Shown here in pieces: positions 13,101 through 22,929 of a stretch of 48,443 nt of DNA. Numbering within the stretch: the stretch's first letter is position 1; each line of letters opens with the position of its first letter. The notes under the pieces are model-generated. The model was not told where the DNA came from. It worked only from the letters and a program-made list of their open reading frames with translations, and did not search any database. This stretch comes from Nemertoderma westbladi (taxonomy: Eukaryota > Animalia > Xenacoelomorpha): the NCBI GenBank assembly GCA_032718475.1, contig JAUCBJ010008906.1, forward strand, positions 1-48,443, written 5' to 3'. Both the position numbers and the translations under genes were made by a program.

Positions 13101-13508
13101 TTAGACGTGCTGACGGCCCAGCCTTTTCTAATGGAAAGGCCAGCGACCATCGATATGCGGGGTGTAGACCCAGATGACATACACTCCCGCCAGAGTTGGA
13201 AAGTCGCTAAGGCGATAAGCGCAGAGTATTGGAGGAGGTGGGTTGAGGAATATCTACCCACGCTTCACAGGAGAAGCAAGTGGAGGAACACAAACAGAGA
13301 GTTCAAGGAGGGTGATCTGGTGATCGTCACCGACGATACCATCATCAACAACCAGTGGCGGTTGGCGAGAGTTGTGGGCACTTACTCCGACAAGGACGGA
13401 AGAGTCCGGTCGGTAGAAGTGCGGATAGGTGGCAAGATAGGTGCGAAAGACAGGAAGACCTACAGGAGGGCTGTAGGGAAGTGTTGCCTGTTGGAGGGAG
13501 CACCTTAG
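10162..13508 (+). pseudogene. RT, RNase H, integrase and DUF5641-like C-terminus of E1
   Basis: YYLPLH..KLRMVVDASAK, DIEGMFNQV, RFLW, FYVDD; IYDPLG, FSDAS, LELTAA, WTDS, NPADLLSRG; HHCC, GVDMFGP, SDNGTNFVG, ERLVG; YWRRWVEEYLPTL..GDLV..DGRVRSVEV. Frameshift near 10820; stop at 13098-13100. Confidence 0.95.
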
Positions 13509-13629
13509 TTGAGTTAGAGTGGGGTTTAGTAGAGTTTAATCGTCCAAGTCTTGGACTGAGGGGGGTGGGATTGAGGGCGAGACGCCCTTCCCACAAACAA
13601 AATAAAAATATAAAAAAAAATAAAGAGAA

Positions 13630-13897
13630 AGTAATAGTACGTAGTAGGTACATAGTAAGTGTAAGTAGTTAGTTAGCAAGAGTCAGCAGTAAGAGGGTAC
13701 GTAGTACCGCTAGTTAGTTAGTAAGAGTTAGTTAGTAAGAGGGTACATAGTACCGCTAGTTAGAGAGGTTAGTTAGTTAGTAAGAAGGTACGTAGTACCG
13801 CTAGTAAGAGTGGAGTCAGAGAAGTTAGTAAGAGGGTATGTAGTACCGGTTAGTAAGAGTGGAGTTAGAGAAGTTAGTAAGAGGGTATGTAGTACCG
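13630..13897 (+). repeat. Purine-rich ~50-bp tandem repeats in the E1 3' region (left part)
   Basis: Repeated TTAGTAAGAGGGTAYGTAGTACCG with TTAGTAAGAGTGGAG subunits; resumes at 18396 after the CRE insertion. Confidence 0.85.
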
Positions 13898-14088
13898 TTA
13901 GTTACCGGACAGTTAGTACTGTAGCAGTACTTCAAGTCACCGAAAGTCCATCCTACATGCTATTTAAAACTGTACTGCTGTACTGACTACTGCCTTGACA
14001 ACTGTCAGACTTTGTGGCGCCAAATTATATATTTCTGATTGTGTCGCCTCTAAATTCGAGTGAACGCGTCACTGCAGCCGGCGTTTTG

Positions 14089-17000
14089 ATGGCAGCTTGT
14101 TGTGGCTGCAATGGACGGTCCGGGCGCTGCAAGAAATGTATATGCATCAGGAATAGCTTGCGGTGCTTATCATGTGCCCCAGGAAGAAACGAAGAAACAG
14201 TAATTGCAAGAACAGCCAGCACCCTTCCTCTCAACCTCTACCGGATCGCCACGAACGACCTTCGTTCTCCCAGATGTCAGTCTCACAGCCGCTTAACTCT
14301 TGCGCTGCTTTGGAAAGTCCAGCGGACGATACATTGATGGATCAGGACGAAACTATACTGGGTGGATCCCTGATCGTCCAGGATACTCCGCTAGCTGCCA
14401 GTGCGTCAGCATCATTGAACTCTCCAGTTTGGTCTCCGGGCGCAGCACGAGCGAGGGCCAGTGCCATCATATCTAGGATTCGGAGCCCCGGTACAGGGTC
14501 TGCTTTGGGGTCAGCAGTTAAAGACGTTATACTTCAGACCCCGAACTTTTCAGATCCCCGAGCAGTCCAGTCCGTTCCCTCAGCAGTCCAGTCTGGTCCC
14601 CTTTCAGGCCAGTCGGGTCCCCCTGCAGTCCAGTCGGTGCGCCCAGCAGTCCAGTCGGGGCCCCCATCAGTCCAGTCGGTGCGCCCAGCATTCCAGTCGG
14701 GTCCCCCATCAGTCCAGTCGGGTCCCCCATATGTCCAGTCCAGTCGGGTCGCCCAGCAGTCCCAGTCGGTTCCCCCATCAGTCCAATCGGGTCCCCCAGC
14801 AGATCAGTTGGGTTCCCCATCAGACCAGTCGGATCCCTCAGGAGTCCAATCGGGTCCCCCAGCAGTCCAGTCGGGTCCCCCTTCAGACCAGTCGGGTCCC
14901 TCAGGAGTCCAGTCGGGTCCCCCAGCAGTCCAGTCAGGTCCCCCATCAGACCAGTCGGGTCCCTCAGGAGTCCAGTCGGGTCCCCCAGCAGTCCAGTCGG
15001 GTCCCCCTTCAGACCAGTCGGGTCCCCCATCAGTCCAGTCGGGTCCCCCAGCAGTCCAGTTGGGTCCCCCTTCAGACCAGTCGGGTCCCTCAGGAGTCCA
15101 GTCGGGTCCCCCAGCAGTCCAGTCAGGTCCCCCATCAGACCAGTCGGGTCCCTCAGGAGTCCAGTCGGATCCCCCAGCAGTCCAGTCGGGTCCCCCTTCA
15201 GACCAGTCGGGTCCCCCTTCAGTCTGGTCGGGTCCCCCACCAGTCCAGCTGGCACCCTCGGCATCTATCGGTCGACCTCTGCCATCCTCCCTGTCCAGTG
15301 TTGGACTCACTTCAACAATGTGTCAGCCCCCTACAGTCGCGGGTCAGTCGTCCATCCCAACTCACACTGTATCTTGGTGTAATACAACTCTACCAGTCCA
15401 GGAGATCTCTAGTTCTGTAGAGAAGGTGTACAACACCATCGTACGCCGGAGACCCAACCTATTTTTAGTTCATATGGGCGCTGGAGGTAGAGAGTTGGTC
15501 TCCGAGTATACCAGGCTGGTTAAACTGTTTACATCAGGATCAGAGTTACAGGTGATCGCCCTTTATGCACTGATGTGCATACCAGCGCTCCTGTTACAGA
15601 AACCCAGTAGGTCATCCAACGCAGCGACCCACAGGAAGATTCTGGAACGTCGTCTGTGTGATTGGCGGGCTGGTCGATTCCTACAGCTGTTGGCGGAAGC
15701 GAGAGCCATCAAAAAAACCTTCCAACGTCCCGGGTAAAGAAATCAGATACCAAGGCGCTCCGGAAGGCGTTTGTACGCCACATGCTGACTGGTAACGTGT
15801 CAGCGGCCACCTGTTGTCTCTCCGATATCAACAAAGGTAGTCCCATGAAACTGTCAGACACCTTTGTTTATAAGGACGGGGCTACCCGACGGGTGAGGGA
15901 CGTTCTGCTGGAGAAACGCCCGCCAGCCGCCCCAGCTGACAGTTCAGTGCTCCTGACGGAGTGGGATGGAGCGCCAGAACACCATAACGTCGTGTTCGAG
16001 CGGCTAGATGGCTCCCTCATCCTATCGAGTCTTCTCCGGATGAGAGGTAATGGTGCTGGTCCTTCTGGGTTGGATGTCCAGGGGTGGAAGCACATCCTGA
16101 CCAAGTTCCGCCAACAATCCGTTGACCTGTGTGGTGCCATAGCCGATATGGCGAAACGGATTAGTCAGGATGTGCTGCCCTCTGGCGTGATGTCGGCGCT
16201 CCTCTCCTGTCGGCTGTTGGCGCTCGATAAGTGCCCCGGAGTTCGTCCGATCGGCATCGGCGAGGTTCTACGGAGGGTTATCGGGAAGGCGGCGATGCGT
16301 TGCATCACAGAGGATCTTCAGAGCGTTGGTGGGTCGACTCAGCTGTGTATGGGCCAGAAAGCTGGCATAGAATATGCCATACACAGTCTGAACGAGACGT
16401 TCTCCGAGGACGACTGCGAGGCCGTCCTCCAGATCGACGCCACCAACGCATTCAACTCGCTGAACCGCGACGCCGCCATCCATAACATCCGCCACGTCTG
16501 TCCCTCCCTTCACACCATTGTAACGAACTGTTACAGCGAACCAACGCAACTGTTTGTAGGGGGGGAGACTATCTACTCCAGGGAGGGGTCGACCCAGGGG
16601 GACCCGGCTGCGATGCCAATGTTCTCCGCTGGGACGCGGCCATTGCTAACGGAGATCGCTGCCACCTGCGTGGTGAACCAGAAATGGTTCGCCGATGACG
16701 GCAATGCGGCGGGTGCCCTCCGGGAACTAAGGAAGATGTGGGATGTGGTGGTAACGCGTGGTCCGCTGTACGGGTACTACCCGTCCAAGTGCCACCTGAC
16801 GGTGAAGTCGGAGAAACTGGCGGAAGCAGAGGAGATATTCGCGGGAACCGGGATCATCATCTCGGCGGGGGGGGGGGGGGGGGGAACAAACTCCTAGGTG
16901 GTGTGGTGGGGTCTGCTGAGTACCGCCAGGCCTACATCACCTCCAAGGTCGAGGAGTTCGTCGCAGAGATCGACAGAATTGGCGACATCGCCAGCATCAA

Positions 17001-18216
17001 CCCCCACTGCGCCTACTCTAACCTGGCGCTGGGGTTGTCCTGTCGCTGGCGGTTCCTCGCAAGGGTGGTCCCGAATGCCACCCTCCATTTCGATGACCTT
17101 GAGGGCGCAGTTCTGCGATGTCTGTGCAAGATCGCTGACCGCCCCTCGATCCCAGACAACGAACGCCAGCTCCTCTCTCTACCCATAAGGAACGGCGGTT
17201 TGGGTATCCCTCTCCCCTCAGACCTCACCAACCAGTTTGCGAACTCCTGCCGGGTCTGCGAACCGCTAGAGGGGGCGACAGCCGAGACCATGTCAGACGT
17301 CAGGGAGGATCAGAACCATATCACTAATCTGATAAAGGCTGAATCCTCAGAATCCACAAAATCCTCAAAATCCACAGAATGTCATGGTCGGCTGTCGGAG
17401 TCCCAACAGAATCTGAGGGAGCTGGTGTCGGAGAAGGGGGCTTCAGCTTGGTTGAACTCAAAACCGGTCACCCTTCACAAAACTCACCTGTCTAAGGAAG
17501 AGTACCGCGACGCTCTGTGTCTGCGCTACGGCTGGCAACCGAAATCGCTCCCTTCTCGTTGTATCTGTGGGGAACGATTTTCCCCTTCACACATCCGGTC
17601 GTGCCCCACCGGGGGTTATCCCTCGATAAGGCACAACGAGATACGCGATTTCGTTTCCGACGCGCTAACCGAAGTACCCCACAACGTCGCAGTAGAGCCA
17701 ACACTCCAGCCTCTAACAGGTGAGGAGTTCACCCACAGATCCACCTCCACAGAAGATCAGGCAAGGTTGGACGTCTCTGTCAGCGGGTTCTGGGGTGGCC
17801 GCTTCGAGAAGACTTACTTCGACGTCTCGGTCAACAACCCTCTAGCGGCCACCAACGCAGCCATGACCACCGAGGGCGCTTATTCCCACCACGAGGCGCG
17901 GAAACGCCTGAAGTACGAGGAGCCCATCCGAGAGGTCGAACTGTCGTCATTTGTGCCTCTGATACTTTCAGCCTTTGGCGGTATCGCGCCAGCGATACAA
18001 CAGTTCGTTAAGCATTTATCGCTTAAACTCTCGGATCGTCGCGACCTCAGCTACTCTGAGTGTATCTGCTGGACGCGGAGGAAGATAAGCTTCGCGCTTC
18101 TCCGCTCCAGTTTGATGTGTCTCCGTGGAGCGAGATCCGCCACCAAACGCCCCGTTTATCATCAGGTGTTCGCAGACTCGATTTGCCTGACTAACGCTGA
18201 TACCAACACTGGCTAG
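14089..18216 (+). pseudogene. CRE polyprotein: Cys-rich N-terminus, repeat linker, RT, CCHC finger, restriction-like endonuclease; three frameshifts
   Basis: CCGCNGRSGRCKKCICIRNSLRCLSCAP; GAGPSGLD, GVRPIGIGEVLRRVIGK, DATNAFNSLNR, GSTQGDP, WFADDG; LPIRNGGLGI, SAWL, CICGERFSPSHIRSC, RHNEIRD, ARLDV..FDVSV..EARKRLKY. Frameshifts near 14195, 15712 (A run) and 16870-16884 (G run). Confidence 0.9.
14561..15250 (+). repeat. 21-bp coding minisatellite (QSGPPAV-like heptads) with 63-bp higher-order period
   Basis: About 33 copies of CAGTCGGGTCCCCCAGCAGTC variants, in frame in ORF 14163-15737. Confidence 0.95.
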
Positions 18217-18395
18217 ACTGACTGTCAGTGGTAGTCATAGGCCTCTACACAGGCCCTTCTTTCTTTATTTATTATTTTTTTTATTATCGGTATCGGTGTA
18301 GGAATTATTTATTTTGTTCTATTAATAAAGTGCCTGTAAAAGGGTTATGCTGATATTGTGCAAATTATATAATAAACTAGTAAGTTAAAAAAAAA

Positions 18396-18720
18396 CGTAG
18401 TACCGGTTAGTAAGAGTGGAGTTAGAGAAGTTAGTAAGAGGGTACGTAGTACCGGTTAGTAAGAGTGGAGTTAGAGGAGTTAGTAAGAGGGTACGTAGTA
18501 CCGGTTAGTAAGAGTAGAGTTGGAAGTTAGTAAGAGGGTACGTAGTACTGGCTAGTAAGAGTAGTAGTTAGTTGTAGAACTAGTTAGTAAGAGGGTACGT
18601 AGAGTACCGTTAGTAGCAAGAATTAGTGGTAGGGGGATATAAAATATAGTATATAGTAAGAGTTAGTAGAAAATAGAGCTAGAAGGGTTAGTAGAGTTAG
18701 CAGTAAGAGAGTAGAGACCG
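18396..18720 (+). repeat. Purine-rich tandem repeats in the E1 3' region (right part)
   Basis: Same unit as 13630-13897, degenerating rightwards. Confidence 0.85.
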
Positions 18721-19688
18721 TGAAAGTAGTAGCACAGAACAAGGGCAAATAGGGATAAAACATAATAAAATTAAAACAAAATTAAGGATATTAGGATCAC
18801 CTCCGAACTACAGAAGAGCCCTCAAGGTGGCCTTCGAAGGTCTGGTAGACCACCTGGGGCTGGAGGGCGAATCGGTGTAATACAACAGCCGGCGTCTAGA
18901 AGACTGGGAGGTGGATACATATATCACGTGGGAGAAGTTGGAAGCGGATAGATTTGGCGAGAGGCGACTGGAAGAGGTCACTAGGGGAGAAAGGCCGAGA
19001 GAGTGAGGCGCGTCATGTGGACGATCATATAATATAATATATGATAATAATAGCCTTATAATAATTATATAAGTAACTCGCATATATATATTATAAAGTA
19101 CGTACCGTAGTCAAGCATAACCTTTTCCAATTGGCCACTGGGACTGGGAATTAATTGACTAGGGCGACAGGACGGGACTTGGACGGCTCCCACCAACATG
19201 AGCGCACATGTGTGGGGCCCGATAAGTGTGTAAGGGATGAAAGCGAGAATGGGAATCGGGGGGAGAATGGAGAGGAGATTTTTGACAGGATGAGAGATAG
19301 CGAGAGGTGGTGTGGAGATAGCGTGGAGAGAGTGTGGGTGCAATTCAAGTGTGGGGGGGAGAAGTAAGAGGCAGAGTGAGAGACGAGGAGGTCCGGGAGT
19401 GTGGAAGAGATAGGATGAAAGTGGAGGGGAGTTAGTGGTGAAATTGTTGGGGAAATAAAAATTGTGTGAGAGAAGCGCACGATCGGCCAAACACGGGATG
19501 CCAGATGTCTTGGTGCAAGATAGGTAGAGTTGTACCAAGACGGGGTAGTAATATCATACCCATAGAGAGCGGCCTGGAAAGCCGGCTCCGGGAAAATAGT
19601 TCCACTCCACACCCGATACTAGATCGGGATCCAGAGGAATTGTAGCGCACTAGAGGTGGATGCTATCTTCTCACCGGGAAGATAGCAT

Positions 19689-19697
19689 GGGGGGGAG
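19689..19697 (+). other. Polypurine tract of E1
   Basis: GGGGGGGAG directly before TGTTAGC of the 3' LTR. Confidence 0.85.
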
Positions 19698-20244
19698 TGT
19701 TAGCGAATCAATTCCATTAGCCACCCCATTAAGCAATATTGGGATACGAGGTTGATTGCCAATATCAACCTCATATCACCCCAATAAAATGGGAAGGAGA
19801 AACCCCAGAGAACATACACACAATGGGGGTCAGGGGTTACACCTCTGAGGGAGAGGGAATGACAGCAGCGGGGGGAAACACTCTCAGGGAGATGAGAGGG
19901 CGACAATTAAGTTATCAGCCAATGGGGGGCAAGCATCGACTGAGTGACAATACGGCCAACGGTGCAATACATATTACCGGTAACCGTGTCATTTCATTCA
20001 GTTATCCCAGTACAGCTAGAGGGCAGATCGGTGACTTTCGTTACTGTCATTGCCGCTACCATCACTAGTAGTATATTCAGTCAACTAAACATCAACTGTG
20101 CTACCTGTCAATATTATCTCATTTATACTATACTTTATAACTATATTAACAATCGGAATGACAACCATAACAAACACTTTCACTAGCGGCGGGGACGCGT
20201 AAGCGAATACACCGGATAAATCGGGATCCCCGGATCCCGTCACA
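19698..20244 (+). repeat. 3' LTR of E1
   Basis: TG...CA, followed by TSD CCTAT. Confidence 0.95.
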
Positions 20245-20429
20245 CCTATTTATACAATAAAGTTTACGATTTAAGTGAGGCTTGATGGGTGTAGTAAAAA
20301 TGAACCATCACATTTTTATTTATAGAAAATGCAAGCATTTCCAGTACTAAATGGCAGGCACAATTTACAGGACAAAATGCAAGCATTTCTTAAGGGGGGG
20401 GGGGGGGGGGGGGATTTTTACGGTTCTTC

Positions 20430-20551
20430 GGCGAAGATCGCAAAATTTCGCAAACGTCGCTATTTTTGCGAAGATTGTGAAAATCGTGAAATTTCGCACA
20501 TTTCGTGATCTACGTGATATTTTGTGTTTAACAATACTATAGGTGGAGCTA
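20430..20551. repeat. Left end of the 57-bp satellite array, cut by E2
   Basis: ATATTTTGTGTTTAACAATACTATAGGTGGAGCT matches the monomer at 41856-43680. Confidence 0.85.
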
Positions 20552-21689
20552 TGTAAAAGCTTTTGCGGACATAACAAGTCATTTTTACGCAATGCGCAGA
20601 ATACTCTAAAATAACCCTAAATTTGTCCAACTACGCGACGGGAGGGAATTAGAGCCAGGATGACGAAATCTGTCAGCTCATTCTTTGTGGACGTGGAGTT
20701 TCTTTGTTCTGCCTTATTCAGCCAATCAGAGCAATTTTCCCTTTATGTCGAACAGAAACCTATGGAAACTCGCACAATGCATTACGGTCTTTGTTTACTA
20801 TTTTCTGAGCATCAGAGCCAGCTCGGAATTTTCTGTGCTTCTGTGTAGAAGTTTCAGACTTTGGCCTAGGAACATCAGATGGCCTTGATTATAAGAACAT
20901 AAAACTATTAATGCATTGAACATTGCTGCACATGGCATCGCATCACATTGTCATACTTGGATACACATTTCATAACTGCATAAGTAACACATACTGACTG
21001 TTCACCGCATTATTTTACTTCTGTTATTAATTGTTGTTATATTAATGGATATTGCTGTTATATTTGGAGAATACCGATAAATAATCATAAACCCCTCAAT
21101 CTTCTTGATTACTGAGGTAAGAGGAACAGGTTTACCGGTAGCAACTGCAACTTACATAATATTGGTTTTGTGTGAATTAAATGCTATTTCATAATCCCTA
21201 CATGTGTCAGTTGCGATCCTCCTTATATATGATCAAATTCAGTGACGGTCGACAGATTAGTGTGAAGTAGTGTGAAGTAGTGTGAAGTCGTGTGAAGTAG
21301 TGTAAGGTTAATAAAGCATCTCCTAAAGAATGCGCTATTTACGAAACTTTGTGGCCATCTAGTTGTGATTAGTATAAGTCATAACTCTGTTTTTATACTT
21401 AAAGCGCCACGTCCTAAAGGAACTGTTAATATTTCCCCGAAAGTAAATATATTTGTCAAAGATTATATAGTAACGATCAATCGAATAATACAGTAGGTCT
21501 ACACTGCAATAACTCTCAAGGAATCCGAATCCAGTCTCCCACACCGTGGGTCATACGCCGCGCACGGACTGGCTTCGGCTGATGTAACTTCAGTACACTA
21601 GGTAATTGATATAGGCTAAAGTCAATTTATAAACAAGAGGACAACTAAAATTGGCAGGTTAAACTGCTAAAGGTCTAAAAGCGCGAATA
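20552..21689 (+). repeat. 5' LTR of E2
   Basis: TGTAAAAGC...GCGCGAATA (CA in the 3' copy); near-identical to 40732-41855; contains a variable 10-bp repeat AGTGTGAAGT. Confidence 0.95.
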
Positions 21690-22384
21690 TTAATAGTTTT
21701 CAGTTTCTTGATTGCACAGTAGGCAATAAATATATTTTGTCTAATGTTCTGGTAAGAACATTAATAGTCTTCAGGTTTCTTTATTGCGCTGTAGGCAATA
21801 AAGTCGAATGCACCGGTCGGACGTAGTCCTAGCTGCCCAACCACACGAACCGGTACTTACAGGTACAGCAGTATTATTTCGATTATGATATATTGTATAT
21901 TAGTAGGCTGTTTAAGAGAGTAGGGACTGTACACCCCTTATTTCTTTTAGAGTTTATTTATTTCTGTCAGTTTTATTTAGCTTTAAGTATAATATTGAGC
22001 AGAGGGCGTGTAAGCCTGCTCAGATTGTATAAATAATTTGTAGGCCGGATTGTTGTCTAACTGTTGTTAGGTCTGAGGAGATTGCAGTGTGTATAGAGTG
22101 TCTGTCCGATAAAGTGCTAGTTAGGAAAGTGGGGGCATCCAGTGCTGTAAGGTAAATCCCCCCCGAAAGAATAAGTCGTACTACTTGGTTAGAACTCCTA
22201 CTAACTAACCATTTCGGAGTCTGCATCTACTGTAGTTTATTTAGGCTTGTCAGTAGTCTGCCAGCATTTGGTCTGTATTTTGTTTGAATACTCTGCACGG
22301 GTAGCGTAATATTTATTATTCAGAGTCTATGTGAGTAATCGCAACCTCTAATTCCCCAAGTTTATTCCTACAGTAATTGTGCTT

Positions 22385-22422
<38 letters not shown>

Positions 22423-22929
22423 CGTATTTTATAGTTTTATTATTATTAAAAACAAACAATTCAACAATTACAATTAAACAACAACATTAAAAACTGCATA
22501 CTACTAGTATACTTAGATTACTTGATACCCCCCCCCCCCCCCCCCCCCAGCCACAGACCCCACTACTAAATACTATAGCCACTTCCTAGGCGCCAACATT
22601 TCCGAACACAGAAGCATGGCTTATTTTGTGCTAGAAAATATATTATTTTTAATACTTAATTTTTTATTTTAATGTCATATTTTTTTTTTTTTTTAATTAT
22701 GCTTATTAATGCTACAAACATTTTTTTGTAGTAGTATGGTATAATACTACACAATTTATTTGTCTAGATTTGCCAGTTTTGGTTGAGTATTCATTGACAG
22801 CTGATCACCATCTTACTTTATTTTTGCTGTAATGGTTGCCGTATACATAATAGGAATAGGATAGATGTAATATTTTTATTGTATGTTTATAGAATGTGTA
22901 TTTCATGGAATATACAGTACGGTACAGAG

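Larger units (their letters stand above)
13898..18395 (+). mobile_element. CRE-type (RLE-encoding) non-LTR retrotransposon, apparently full length, nested in E1
   Basis: Single RT + CCHC + RLE reading frame, AATAAA and a short poly(A) at 18387-18395; candidate TSD GTAGTACCG (13889-13897, 18397-18405), ambiguous because the target is tandemly repeated. Confidence 0.88.
4964..20244 (+). mobile_element. BEL/Pao LTR retrotransposon E1, full length, decayed, with nested CRE insertion
   Basis: Paired ~550-bp LTRs, 5-bp TSD CCTAT (4959-4963, 20245-20249), PPT before the 3' LTR, order gag-PR-RT-RH-IN with Pao-type motifs. Confidence 0.96.

Noticed and set aside
13630-13897. Interstitial telomeric repeats
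   Set aside because: TTAG-rich but not tandem TTAGG or TTAGGG; part of a ~50-bp unit internal to E1.
14461-15420. Alternative-frame and antisense ORFs, including collagen-like GDPTGLL repeats
   Set aside because: Shadows of the 21-bp minisatellite; the period is 7 aa, not Gly-X-Y.
19065-19650. Antisense ORFs in the E1 3' region as an accessory gene
   Set aside because: Low-complexity products of a purine-rich plus strand; the homologous frame in the 45.4-kb remnant contains stops.
20389-20420. TTAA followed by a G run as the end of a Kolobok/piggyBac-like DNA transposon carrying the satellite
   Set aside because: No matching inverted end with TTAA found to the right of the array.
21690-21775. 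E2 PBS as complement of a tRNA-Phe anticodon loop (CTGAARA)
   Set aside because: Only ~7 nt of resemblance, weaker than the 11+7-nt match to the LTR; not fully excluded without the host tRNA set.
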